From Lama glama (lineage: Eukaryota): a DNA stretch of 64,000 nt. Made by a program: the position numbers and the translations under genes. Shown here piece after piece: positions 1 to 12,660 of this stretch (position 1 is the first letter of the stretch; every line of letters starts with the position of its first letter). A model generated the notes under the pieces. The model worked only from the letters and a program-made list of their open reading frames with translations, ran no database searches and was not told where the DNA came from. The stretch spans positions 12,092,001 through 12,156,000 of the forward strand of contig CM052816.1 of assembly GCA_028534125.1 (NCBI GenBank). Reading direction: 5' to 3'.

Positions 1-19
1 GCTGCCATAAGTCTGATTC

Positions 20-1020
20 AAACCACCACCTTTTATCTCCTTGATTACTGGAACGGTCCCAACCAGTCTTACCTCTGACCTTTCCCTGAGTATCTATTCT
101 CAACACAGCTTTAAGAATTATCTTGCTAAAATCTAATCAGGTCATTCTTCTGCCCAGCACCTTGTATTGGCTTCCACCTTATTTAGCATAAAAGCCAATG
201 TTTTTACTCTGAAGTACCAAGAACTACAAGTCTTACGTTACCTGGCCTCCCATTAACTTTCTGACCTTTATATCATGTTATACTGCCTTCTGCCCATTTT
301 ATTTCTTGGGCTACAATGCTTTTCCTGCTGTTCTTCCAACATACTAGGCATGTTCCCTTGTGAACTTGTTACTCCCTATTCCTAGAATACTGTTTCTCAG
401 CTCCCTTATTGGTAATCCTCACCAAATACCAACCTCTTCAGTATTTCATATCTTTCTTCCCTGATTGATCTTTTCTCTTCAGCATTATGACTCTATAACT
501 GCTTTAAACTGAGTATCTGTGGTCCCTTAAAATCTCTATGTTGAAATCTAAAGCCAATGTAATGGCATTAGGAGGTGGGGCCTTTGGGAGCTGCTCAGGT
601 CACGAAGGTGGAGTCCTCATGTATAGGGTTGGTGCCTTTATAAAAGAGACCTCACAGAGATCCCCCACTCCTTTTGCCAGGTGACGATGCAGTGAAAAGA
701 CAGCCGTCTGTGAACCTGGAAGCAGGCTCTCGCCAGACAATGAACTTGCCAGTGCCTTGGTCTTAAACTTTCCATCCTCTAGAACTGTGAGAAATACCTG
801 TCTGTTGCTTATAAGCCACCAGTCTATGGTATTCTTTTATAACAGCCTGAACAAACTAAGACAGTAACTTGTTCATTATTTCTCCCAACAGAATGAAAGC
901 ATCATGAGGGTAGAATTTACTTTTTTTGTTTTATTTACTACCATATTCTCAAACACTAGGAACAGAAACACTCAATAAAAATCACTCAAGGAAACACGCA
1001 ATAAGCAGCTGCTCAATAAA
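20..1020 (+). mobile_element. LINE-2 3' region, interrupted by an MLT1 LTR
   Basis: L2-like 'tctattctcaacacagc...aaaagccaa' and L2 terminus 'gctcaataaat' near 1020; boundaries approximate. Confidence 0.7.
500..863 (+). mobile_element. MaLR solo LTR (MLT1A/MLT1A0-like)
   Basis: TG...CA ends, 'ttaggaggtggggcctttgggag', 'agaactgtgagaaata', end 'actaagaca'; 5-bp TSD ataac/gtaac. Confidence 0.9.
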
Positions 1021-1680
1021 TGAGGCATCATTGTCATCATCATCCTCATCCTTATCAGCATTTCCATGTGTGTGGGTATTTTCCTTCGATTTCTAGCTGT
1101 GTGGTGCCTCCCTCCTTATTAATATATTTGCTTCTTTTTTATTTTACATTTTATCCTTTCCAGAAACAGACTGACAAAAATCCTTAAGTGTACTCAGCTT
1201 TTTTCTACCCCAGTGGTCAATGGTACAATGGCAGTAGCTCTAATTACCTCCCTAGAAAATTACCTCCTTAGTGTGCAGATCTGCTTCTGTTTCTGGTCCT
1301 CCAGGCACAAAAACATCAAGAAAACAAAGTTAATTAGGCACTTCAGAGTCTACGCGATTGCTTGACAAAATCAAGCCAGAGGATTTCCATTTACCCTGAA
1401 GGTTGGTGGAGTCAGTTTCTGTGCGTAGTGATTCAGAGATAAACTGGTACAAAATGATGCTAATCAAGCTATCATTGAAAGGCAATTCAGCCATGAAATG
1501 GATGGTCTGCCCTTCTGTCTGGAGTGAAGGCTGCTGGCTTGCTGTTGATGATTCCCAGTCTTCCTGAAAGAGGACCGACTCTGCCTTAACCCCAAGGATT
1601 TTCTTCTCCCAGCCTGCTGGACTTTCCACTTGACAGGAGTTAATAAATGAGAATCATGTTAAGTTAGAACATATGTAGAA

Positions 1681-1894
1681 CAGCAGTTCTCAACCAAGAC
1701 CCATTTTGTCTCCAAAAGTACATCTGGCAATGTCTGGAGACTAGTTCTCACAACTGGGACCACGGCACTGGCATCTAGTGCGTGGTGACCAGGGATGTTG
1801 CTAAACAGCCCATAATGCACAGGATAATCTGCCACAACAACAACAAAAATTATCTGATCCATAATGTCAGTTATGGCTCAGCTGAGGCATGTTG
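1681..1894 (+). mobile_element. MER20 (hAT-Charlie non-autonomous DNA transposon)
   Basis: 'cagcagttctcaacc...ggcaatgtctggaga...ggcatctagtg...agggatgttgctaaaca...ataatgcacagga'. Confidence 0.85.
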
Positions 1895-2039
1895 ATGTAG
1901 AAGAATCCTATCTTGGGTCTACAAATATTACCCATATCGTGTGACTTAAAAGCAACATGTAAGAATAAGAGTCACCGCTACCTTCACTTGGCTTCACTTC
2001 CTGCTTATTCTTTTACCTCTTTCAGCAAACTTTCTAAAA

Positions 2040-2915
2040 CTTCTTGGCTGTCTCTCCTCATCTCCCAGGCCTCTTAAAGTTGCCATGCCTCAGGCTCAAT
2101 TCTGATTCTTTCTGCTCTGCATACTCACTCCCGAGATGATCTCATCCAGTCTCATGACTTTAAACACCACTGACATGTTAACAGTTCCCAAGTTTACACC
2201 ATTCCAGATTTAGAACTCCAAACTTGTTTGTCCAACTGCCGACTTGACTTCTCTATTGTATGCCTAGTAGATATTTCAAATCTAGTATGTCCAAAATTAA
2301 ACTGCTAATTCTCTCCTATTTCCCAAAACTGCTCCATCCATAGTCACTCAATGAATGATCAGGTTCAAAATACTACAGTCATTTTTCATCTTTTTTATTC
2401 TCATGCCCACATTCTATATGCCAGAAAAAAAAAACTGATGTCCTTAACTTCAAAATATATCTAGAATCTGATTAATTCCTGTTATTTCCATCGACCCAGT
2501 GTCCTAGTCCATTTAAACTACTATAACAAAATATCACAGACTGGGTAGCTTATAATTAACAGGAATTTATTCCTCACATCTCTGGAAGCTGGAATTGTGA
2601 GGTCAAGGTGCCAGTGTGGTCAAGTGAGGGCCCTCCTCTGAACTGCACACTTTTCACTGTATCCTCACAGGGTGGGAGTGGCTAGGGAGCTCTGTGGGAT
2701 CTCCTTCATAAGAGCATGAATTCCATTCATGAGAAACCTATCTCATGATACGGTCACCTCTCAAAGGCCCCATCTTCTAACACTATCCCATTAGGAGGCA
2801 GGATTTCAAGATGTGGATTTGGAGGGAACACAAACATTTTTGGTTCGTAACAGCCAGGTTCAAGCCACCCTTACCTGGTGCCAGGCTTACTGCAACAGCC
2901 TCCTCACTGCTTTGA
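2040..2915 (+). mobile_element. LINE-2 fragment interrupted by an MLT1
   Basis: 'gatctcatccagtctcatgactttaaa', 'ccttaacttcaaaatatatctagaatctg', resuming 'caagccacc...tactgcaacagcctcct'. Confidence 0.75.
2500..2852 (-). mobile_element. MaLR solo LTR (MLT1A-like)
   Basis: 'tgtcctagtcc...ataacaaaatatcacagactgg...ggtcaaggtgccag...caaaggccccatcttctaa'; TSD cccag/gccag. Confidence 0.85.
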
Positions 2916-3046
2916 ACCACTGGCTTGTCTGATGAGGTCAGGAGGACTAAATACCCCTCAGTTTTCAAAAATATGTGAACGTATGTTTGCAATAAGTCCT
3001 ATACAAATATGTTTTATACAGATAAGACCCAATCATTATCGCTAAC

Positions 3047-4037
3047 TGTATTAGTTTCCTCTTACTGTATAGACAGAAATGTTGCCTGCCATTCCAGTAA
3101 ACAAGGATCAAGCCATCACCCAACTCAGATCCCTACTCCCTATTGTTACACCCTGAGGAAAATTCAAGACAGAGAAAAACAGGAAGAATTAAGTTCTTTA
3201 GATATTGGTCCTAGGTAGCTAAGATGCACATCTCAGGAATAATTTCAACGAGCCTAGACTCTTGTAACTTCCCATATACAGAAAAACATTAAAATCATTA
3301 ACTTGATATGTCTGTTTCCATAATCACTGGTAATCTTTTGATGTTCAACTACATTTTCTTTTCCAGAAAACAAAAAAACAAAAAAACCTCCTATATATCC
3401 TGTCTTCTCCCTTACCTCTTTGGAGCAGTTTCTCAGAGCTATCTGAGAGGCTGTCTCCTGGCTATAGTCCTCAGTAAAGTCCCCAAATAAAACTTACTTG
3501 CAGCTTACAGGTTGTACATTTTTCTTCAGTAGACAACTGGTATAACAAATTCCAAAATGAGTGGCTTACATAACACAAATATATTTTCTTATAATTCTGT
3601 AGGTCAGAAGTCCAACACAACAGACCTCACTGCACTAAAATCAAAGTGTCCACCTGACTGTACCTCTTTCTGGAGGTTCAAAGGGAGAATTTATTTCCTG
3701 TCCTTTTCCAGATTCTGGAGGCATTCTGCATTCCTTGGTCTGTGGCTCCCTTCTTCCATCCTCAAAGCCAGCAGCAGTCAGTCTAGTCCTTCACACATCC
3801 CATTATGCTGATCTCCACTTCCTGTTCCTTTCTCTACTTTTCAGGACCCTTGTGATTACACTGGGCCCACCGAGATGATCCAGGAAAAACTCCCAATCAA
3901 CTGATTAGCAATCTTAACTCCATATACATCCTTAATTCCTCTTTGCCATGTAACTTTGCATTTTCACAGCTTCTGGAGAATGAGGACATGTGTACCTTTG
4001 GGGTGAGGCTGAGGGGGACACTATTCTGACTACCACA
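3047..4037 (-). mobile_element. MaLR solo LTR (MLT1D-like), split by an ERV1 LTR
   Basis: 'tgtattagtttcct' start, 'ggacccttgtgattacactgggcccacc', end 'ctattctgactaccaca'; TSD ctaac/ctaat. Confidence 0.85.
3068..3535 (+). mobile_element. ERV1-class solo LTR
   Basis: 'atctgagaggctgtctcc...gtcctcagtaaagtccccaaataaaactt' with AATAAA, ends 'agaca'; 4-bp TSD actg/actg. Confidence 0.8.
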
Positions 4038-4394
4038 CTAATCAGAGCTTTTTCTAGTCCAGCACTACAATACTGATACTTGTTGCATGACTACCCCAAT
4101 TTAATTTAGGTAGCACTAACACTTGACAAACATATTTAAAAAATAAAATAACAAAAGTGACTATTTTATCATACACAAAATATTAACGTTTAAGTCAAAT
4201 CATCTTTCATAGGGATATATCTTCATTAAAAAAAAAATCAAAGGTAAAAACACTATTTGGAGATGGAATCTGTTCCAAAAAACTCATCTTTTCAGGACAA
4301 CGTTAATCTAGAAAATTGAGTAATATTTCAGCTTACTTCTTTTTTGATCAATTTCTCTACTCCTCTATATATTCATGTCTTTGAGATAGAAGTA

Positions 4395-4560
4395 ATGACA
4401 ATAATTAGCTGAGGGCCTGCTCTGTGCCAGGCTCAGTTTTAAGTGTTTTAATGACGATTCATTTGAGCTCTCATGGCATGTTGAGAGAGGTGTTATTCCC
4501 TTCTCACAAATAGTAGAGTTGAAGTTTGGAGTGACTTGTCTGCCCTCATGAAAGACAGAG
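4395..4560 (-). mobile_element. MIR SINE (degenerate)
   Basis: 'ctgagggcctgctctgtgccaggc...ttttaagtgtttta' and MIR core remnant. Confidence 0.55.
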
Positions 4561-5915
4561 TGGGCACCTGAGCTGAAACAAGAAAGCCTGAGAGGCTTAA
4601 GGGACCTTCCATGGGGAATTCAGGAAGACAGTAGCAGAAACACAGTTGGAATTCACAAGGTTCAAATTCAATCCAGTCTTTTTACCACTAATCAGGCAAA
4701 AGATTAAGATTATGCTGATTATGTTTTGTTTGTTTTTTTAAGGGCCTCTTCTGCCTGGGCGAACAAGCAATTTGAAAAAAGCCAATTTCCAGGCAGCATG
4801 TTTACTGTGTTCTTCATTTGGAGACAGCATCCAATTCGAGGAATATTTTTGCCAGCAATAAATTCACTTTAACCAGAAAAGTTACTGAGGATTATCTTAA
4901 GTGCCTGCAGAGCAGAAATGACAAGTCAGAGGAACCATCCATTTCATTCACTGGTAATTGGATATAAAGTGCTGACCCTAAAAGACCGTGCTCCAATAAT
5001 GCAATTATTTGCCAAAAATCTTCATAAAAAGCACATTTCTTTCCCTTATGCTTCTCAGAGGCAAGTTGCTTTAAAAATACCAACCAAAGTTCAATGCAAT
5101 GATTCAGAATACTTGTGGTTTTGGTTATATACCTGACCTCTGATCTTCCTAAGCTAAGATGATGAATATAAACGGTGCTGTCAGGACCAAAACATTGCTA
5201 AATGTGACACCATAAATCATGCCCATTAGTAAATGTAGTGTCAGGTTCTCATACATTTCAGACTATTTTAAACTCATACTCCATTACTGCATGCTATGCC
5301 TGAATGAACCTGTGCGTTTTGATGCTGCAGGTGGGTCAGCAGTCAGATCAACCTGTCTTGACTGGCTCAACTCCCAACAGCATATTGGAGGCTGGACTCC
5401 CAGTTTTCAGTCTGCACCATCTTACTTGTTTCAACTTCTGGACTGATGGGACCAATTCTCCTGCTATTCAGAAAACTTTCCCCCCATTGGAGGGAATGCA
5501 GATTGGCCAAGACTTTCCATGTATATTTCACTGATTCAACCATCCAGATAGGGGCTGGATGTCCATCTCCTTTCCTGAAGCAGAATGACAGCATGACCTT
5601 TCACTCTCAAGGCTCATTCCTCCTTTAAAGGCCCTGATTTGCAAAACCGAGTTTCCTTGCCTTTCATACTTAAAGGTTGAGCTCTAACAGGGGATCTTGA
5701 ACATAAACAGCTTCAGGGTTCCCTAGAAATTTTATGCAATATTTTACATGTATAAGGGGGAAAAGACATACTTTTCAGGGAGAAGAATTCATCAGATTTA
5801 AAAGAAAAGAACTGAATCAAAGTAAAACAGACAAAAAGGTCCTGTGGCCCACCCTAGCTTAAAAACAGTCTGGAAAGAGGATTGATGGTCTTTTCTTTCT
5901 CTAAAATTGAAATGC

Positions 5916-6633
5916 AGTTTAGTGCAGCCACTGTGGAAAACAGTATGGAGATTCCTCAAAAGACTAGGAATAGACTTACCATATGACCCAGGAATCCCCC
6001 ACTCCTGGGCATATATCCAGAAGGAACCCTACTTCAGGATGACACCTGCACCCCAATGTTCATAGCAGCACTATTTACAATAGCCAAGACATGGAAACAG
6101 CCTAAATGTCCATCAATGGATGACTGGATAAAGAAGCTGTGGTATATTTATACAATGGAATACTACTCAGCCATAAAAACTGACAACATAACGCCATTTG
6201 CAGCAACATGGATGCTCCTGGAGAATGTCATTTTAAGTGAAGTAAGCCAGAAAGAGAAAGAAAAATACCATATGAGATGGCTCATATGTGGAATCTAAAA
6301 AAAAAACAAAACAAAAACAAAAAACAAAACACACACACACAAACAAAGTATAAATACAAAATAGAAACAGACTCATAGACATTGAATACAAACTTGTGGT
6401 TGCCAAGGGGGCACAGGGTGGGAAGGGATAGATGGGATTTCAAAATTGTAGAATAGATAAACAAGATTATACTGTATAGCACAGGGAAATGTACACAAGA
6501 TCTTATGGTAGCTCACAGAAAAAAATGTGACAATGAATATATATATGTTCACGTATAACTGAAAAATTGTGCTCTACGCTGGAATTTGACACAACATTAT
6601 AAAATGATTATAAATCAATAAAAAATGTTAAAA
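5916..6633 (+). mobile_element. 5'-truncated young L1 (ORF2 C-terminus, 3' UTR, A-tail)
   Basis: ORF2 end peptide [20 protein letters not shown]...KYHMRWLICGI; A-rich tail; TSD aaaattgaaatgc (5903-5915)/aaaattgaaacgc (6634-6646). Confidence 0.95.
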
Positions 6634-7019
6634 AAAATTGAAACGCTAATTCTAAACAGGCTGATGTTGCAGTTCTGCTTTGACAGGTGCTGATGGGTAT
6701 TGATGCTTGTTTGTGTCAGAGATGATGTAAAACAAGGCATATAAAAATAAATACACAAATTAACAAAAAGGAAAGCAAACAGATAAATTAGGTGCTTGTG
6801 ATAGGCAATTAAGGGGAAAAAAATTCCTGTAATTCAGAGTATTGTGAAAGCAACAGGGCTAGGGCTGCCTATAGATGAAACACAGAGCAGCCTGCAGCTA
6901 CGTTTCATGCTGTCAACAGCCATGGGAACGCACCACCTGCAAAAGCCTGCCATAATTAATCATAGCAGGTTCCTCCCTTCTCTACTACTTCCTCTTATGT
7001 ATGGATGTCACTAAAAATA

Positions 7020-8500
7020 CAGCAAGATAAGAGCTACTATCAGGCTAAGCACAGAATCTTCAAGCAATTATGAGGAGCACCTAACCTAGTTTAAGGAGTG
7101 GATGGGTGTGGGAAGGCTTTTAGATTTCAGGGAGTTGAAGTCCAAATTTCGTGCTCAACTGTAAGGTCAGAATTGTATAGCTAGGGAGAAAGAACACTCC
7201 CTGGCAAAAACAGAATAGGATATTCCAAAGCCCAGGGACTATACAGAATATGTTCTTTTGACAAACAGAAAGAAGTTCCAAATGGCTGGATATTAGAATG
7301 GGAATCTTAGACCATCTATGATCATATGGTCCAAGTAGCCTGCTCTCAATCATTAATGATTTTTCATAGAAAATTCCTTTATAGTACATATTACTGTCTC
7401 AAATTCCTTTATTCAGCCATTCACTCAACAAATATCAATTGAGCACCTTCTATGTTTAAGGTCTCATTCTTCCTATTGGGGATAGAGCAGGGGAAAAGAG
7501 ATCATATCCTGCTCTCATGGGGTGTGGCATCACTTTCATTTACTCATTTACTTATTATCTGTCTCCCTCACATCCAATTAGCTGTCCATTCCATGAAGGC
7601 AGGGATCTTGCCTGCCTTCTACCTTGTTCTCTGCTCAGTATCTAGAACAGTGCTTAGAATTCAAGAGGTATTTAAAATTTTTTCTGAATGAATTAATTAA
7701 CAAGGGCGTAGTGAGAGATGAGATTGGAGAAGTAGCTCAATTAAGCTCATGAGGCTCCTGATAAGTCATGTTAAGAAAACTGAATTTTATCTGCAATGTG
7801 GATATTTTAAGGAGAAATATAACATGGTCAGACTTTTGCTTAGAAAGACCGTTCTGGGTATATTATAGAAAATGGGTTGGTATGAGAAGACTACAGACAG
7901 AATAACTGTTTTACATCATCGCTTCCTCCTTGAAACATTGTTCTTTGTATTCCAGGCCATGATTCTCACCTGAATTTCCTCCTATCTGAGTTGTAGCTCC
8001 TGCTGCTTTTTCCTCCCCATCCTGTCCTCTTAACACTGGAACGCCCCTCCCACCCCTGGGGTGTTCTTGGACTTTTCTCCACCACAAGTTTTACTTAGTC
8101 AACCTTATTTTATCATTTGGTTTTAAATACCACTTATATGTTGACAATTCCAACTGTTTATCACCAGAGGGACCTCTTTGAATTTTAGATTTACTTTAGG
8201 GATTTCACATTAGCTGAGCTGTTCCTCTGTCTGGAATGGTCCTTTCCAGTAAGTTCATATCATTTCTTCTCTCATCCCTTTTAAGTCTTGGTTTAAATGT
8301 CACCTTCTTGGTGAGGTTTTGTCTGATTTCTTAGTTTAAAATAGAAGCCTCCTCTTCATTAGTCCCTATATATTTTCATTGCTTTTATTTTTACCCATAA
8401 TTTGTTACCTTCTAATATACTATATGATATACTGATTTATTTTGTTTATCATCTTCTTCCCCCAACTATAATGTAAGTTCATGGAGGTAAGGGATTTTAA
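7020..8500. mobile_element. Cluster of LINE-2 fragments in both orientations
   Basis: L2 termini 'cattcactcaacaaatat', 'atctagaacagtgcttaga', 'tgaatgaatt'; 'aaatgtcaccttctt'. Confidence 0.65.
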
Positions 8501-8999
8501 ACTAACTTGCATGCACACAAATACACATTTGTGCAAACATACATCATAATGATATTAAGTTGCATTATTGAGTAACTATTCTGCAACAAAAATAAATAAT
8601 AAAATTGCAGTAACTATAAATTACTGAGTGCTACCAATGAAAGAAGTGCCAAGAAAGAAGCCAGACCCTAGTTATAAAGATAAATGTCATCACTCTTGAT
8701 GTAACAGGCTTTAGTTTATCTCTGTGTGTAAGTATACACATTCATTTCAAGAGCAAATAACAGGTGTTTAATAAACATTTTTGACTCGTGACTCAAAATA
8801 CACTTTTAATTTTTTGAATTTTTTGAATTTTTTGAATTCCATACACAAGGAAACTCAGAAAGTGAGTCACTTTACATTTTATATAGAAAAGAACTTAAAG
8901 AAATAGGGATATGTGTGCATGTGTGCAAAGGTACAGAATTCCTACATTAAGAATAGTTTAAAAAAAAAAAGAGCTTTCATTCCCCTCTTCCACTTTTCG

Positions 9000-9200
9000 A
9001 GTAGGTATGCATAGTGGTTAGGCATTAGGAAGTCTGAGTTTCCTCCAGCTCCAGGGCTGTGTGAGCAAGGGCAGGTAACCTGACCTTTCTGAACTTCAGT
9101 TTTATTATTCGTAAAACTGAAATAGCATCACTTATTAGATATCTTTGGAGAAGGGATGGTAAGGACTAAGTGAGATAGTGTCTGTTCAGCCCCTGCAGTG
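9000..9200 (+). mobile_element. MIR SINE
   Basis: 'atagtggtta...ctgtgtgagcaagggcaggtaacctgacctttctgaacttcagtttt...gtaaaactg'. Confidence 0.75.
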
Positions 9201-10059
9201 AGTGGTGCCCAGTGAAGATTTAGTTTTCTGACACTGAACAGATATCAGATGTGTATCTACTAGATACCTGGCATTGTCTTTAGTTCCGAACATACAGGGA
9301 CACGGAGCTGGCATGTTCCCTGCATTAGTTATTGTTATCACTGTTATCATGAGCAGGGACTGTCTTCTCATTAACCTGACTTGTATCTGTCCTTTGCTTT
9401 TCCACTCTGACAATTTAATCTAACTCAAAAAACTGAATTTATAGAGCAGATCTGCTGTGCTTCTTGAGTATGGAAACAAATTCAGGATGGCTTGGCCACG
9501 GTCTACACGGGTGGACCACATTCACTTGGCTGGTGATCATGTCCTGGTGGGACACTGTCAGTGACCTGGAACCTTCCTACGGTGCCCACACTGCCAGGCT
9601 CTCTGAAGAGAAGAGAATGTGGGAGCCATTTTTATGAAACGGATTCCATTTCCTGAAGACTTCTTCCATACTCTACAATCTGGAGAAAGTAAAAGACGAA
9701 CGGTATCCCAGTCCCTGGGGAGCCGGTTCACTCATCTCTGAGACGGCAGATTCTGTAGTGAAGAGCCCCTGTGAGGGCAGGTGGAGCTCTGCTTTTCACT
9801 CCCATCACTGCCAGGCTTACACTGATACAATTACCGATTGGCTTGCGACTAAAGGAATCAATGTGGCTAAAAGCAAACAAACAAATGAACAAAGGCTTTC
9901 TGCCAAGGAAACAAAATGTTGGATTTTAAAACTCAACACTCAAGAAAGGCCTTCAAGATCGTATGTCTTTAGTTTGAGAAAATCAACTTATGCTCCCTTA
10001 ATTCCATCCCAGCCCGGGTTGTTCTCCACACCTCCTTCCTGGGAGAAGAATATTGACAG

Positions 10060-10480
10060 TACATGTATCTGACAGAGAACGTGCATCCAGAATTTATAAA
10101 CGGCTCTTCCAACTCAATAAGACAAACAACCTGATTTTAAAAAATGGACAAAGGATTTGAACAGCTGCTTCACAAGAAGATTTATGAATGCCCATAGAAA
10201 ATGCATGGAAAAATGCTCAGCTTCCTTACTTAGAAAGGAATGCAAATTAAACCCACAATGAGGTGCCACTGCCTACCATTATAGTAGCTCAATGACAGTG
10301 ATAATACAGAGTGAAGGCAAAGATTTAGAGCAACTGGAACCCTCATACATTGCTGGTGGAAATGTCAAATGGTGCCATCACTTTAGAAAACTATTTGGCT
10401 GGTTTGTACGAAGGCAAACATGCACTTACCATATGACCCAGCACTAATACTTGACATTCACACAAGAGAAATCCAAGTGT
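10060..10480 (+). mobile_element. Old L1 (L1M) ORF2 3' fragment
   Basis: 'aaaatggacaaaggatttgaaca','atgcaaattaaacccacaatgag','catacattgctggtggaaatgt','ccatatgacccagca'. Confidence 0.85.
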
Positions 10481-10489
10481 ATCTATACA

Positions 10490-10617
10490 TTGGTATCACT
10501 GGGAGCTTTTCAGAAATGAAGAACCTTACATACCATCCTAGATGGACAGAATCCAAATTTACAGTATCACAACAGCATTACGAAGTTTGTTTGCATGTTA
10601 AAGTTTAAGAAGCACTG
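10490..10617. mobile_element. MER5-family hAT relic
   Basis: 'atcactgggagcttttcagaaatg' and terminal 'aaagtttaagaagcactg'. Confidence 0.65.
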
Positions 10618-11781
10618 CCCTGAGAGGTATTAAGCTCTCTCAGGGGAAGACATTTCTTTCAAATTCTTCAAGTAACAATTTTCTAATTCTCATGTTTCTT
10701 TTCTGTCACTCGAATCACCTCAGATAGGCAAATGACATCACTTAAATTAGTGAGTCATGAATGTCACTTAGAATCACAGCCAAAGAACTTTTCAAGCCCA
10801 CATAATTTTGAGGCTTGATAATAGGAAATTTATTTCATTGCCAGGTACCCAAACTCATCAGCAGAATACTCTCAAGACACACATACATATAGCAACAGTG
10901 CTAAGTCTAAGAGTAGATTATAATACCAGTAAGAATTTTAAAATTTGCTGATAGTGAGATTTTACTGTGTGCTTAGCACTGTTGTAAGTTTATGTATGTT
11001 TAAGTATAAGTGTAATAATTTATATCTGACCACAACCCCTAGGAGGTCAGTGTTATTCTTGGCAGCCTGAAAGAGGGAATAACTTTCATAGAATCCATTA
11101 CTGAAGAAAAAAAATAAAGAGTTAAAAAAAAAAAGAACTATTTGATTTTTTTCTGGGCAAGTAGATTAGATTGCAGTAAAAGCTGAACTATAAATAAAGT
11201 AAAATCCAAACCATAAAACTTTCTTAAAAGAAAGGGAATTTGTTTTACAGGTTAATTGATCTGAAGGTAGAAATTGCTGAGTGGGTTCTGATTACCTTGC
11301 TGAAGATGCAAGCAATTGGCAACAATCATACCGATTACAAGCCATTTAAGCAACCTCAATTAAATTAGTGGTAATTCTAAACTACTCCATCTTGCATAGA
11401 GATTGGTTTAATTTTTCCATAAATTCAAATTCTGATTGTGCAAACCCTAATTGTCTAAAAACAAACCAAGCTAGATTATTTTCATTTATCTTTAGGGGAA
11501 TCTGAAAGCTGCATTCAAAGCTCTGGTAGGTGGACACAGAGACCGGTATCATCGCTGCAAGAAAATCTTACGAAGAAGACCCAAAGATCAAGCCCATGTG
11601 GCTGGCTTAATGTGACAAATAGGCAGGCTATACTATATGAAATGAGGAGAAAGTGACAGACTGAAGACCACCAGCATTTAAGAGCACCATAGAGTAGAAA
11701 ATGTACTGGACCAGGGGTTTGGAGCCCTTACTTAATCCTGATTCTGCCAACTATTTACTGTGTAATCTTGAGAAAGTCTTT

Positions 11782-12190
11782 CTGTTAGTTAGCTATTGCT
11801 ATGTGGAACACACACACATCCACTGGATTAAAACAACAAGCATTTATTTTGTACTTAAGAACCTGCATATGCAGGTTGGCTGGCGTTTGGCTGATCTTGG
11901 CTGACTTCATCTGGGCTTGGCTCTAAGCTATCATTTTGAGTCCACGTCTGCTCCACGGGTCACTCACCCTCCCTGGGCCAGCATTCCCTAAGGCACATCT
12001 GACCCATGGCCAAAGGCAGGAAAACAAGGGCAAATTCAACCAGTGCAAGCTCATTTCAAGTCCTGGTGTCATGTCTGTCTGCCAAGTAAGTGGCCAAAGC
12101 AAAACACAAACCAAGCTTAAAGTGAAGGGGGAGGGAAGTCTACATCATCGCTATGAGGCCATGGCATGGGTGTGCATGACTGATCACTCA
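11782..12190 (-). mobile_element. Old MaLR LTR (MLT1J/K-like)
   Basis: 'tgttagttagctattgct...aaaacaacaagcatttatt...ggctgatcttggctg...tggccaaagcaa'. Confidence 0.7.
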
Positions 12191-12334
12191 GGGCTCTCAT
12201 AGTCTTCCCCTTGTCTTTAGCTTCCACATCCATAAACCAAGGAAGCTGGATTTCATAACAATCAGGACACTTCCAGTTCTTAACATCATTCTGCAAATGT
12301 AGAAGAAATTCCACAAGACTCCACAGTACTGTTT

Positions 12335-12660
12335 ATAAAATACTGTCCTGCAGGCTGGATTCAAACATGGTTTAGCCTGTCCGCAGAGAATTTTCAAACA
12401 ATCTTAATAAGTTAAAAATATTTTTAAAACCAGGGTATTTCATACAAAAATCCAGAATTCAGATGTTTCGTGTAGGCTCCTCATATCTGGCAATGGTGAT
12501 ACTGACTGGCAGCTTTCCCTTCACGCAGGGCACACCTCTCCAGATCGTCACTCCTCCCCGCCTCACCCTCGAGACACACTCGGTCATCATACACCCAGCC
12601 CACTTCACTTACTTCCATTACTCGCCTCAACCCTGTGGCCATTTTTTGTTTCTACCCCAG
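12335..12660. mobile_element. MER102-like hAT-Charlie relic
   Basis: 'tttcatacaaaaatccaga','atctggcaa','cccacttcacttacttccattac'. Confidence 0.6.

Noticed and set aside
1330..1629. 99-aa minus ORF containing a possible 49-nt exon (1395-1443, cag...gtaaat)
   Set aside because: No recognisable protein, weak polypyrimidine tract, no partner exons.
8808..8838. (TTTTTTGAA)x3; similar short duplications near 34982-35025 and 49104-49130
   Set aside because: Simple slippage duplications with no spacers; not CRISPR-like and no sign of function.
9470..9637. 55-aa ATG ORF (METNSGWLGHG...) in unique sequence
   Set aside because: No homology recognised; length expected by chance.
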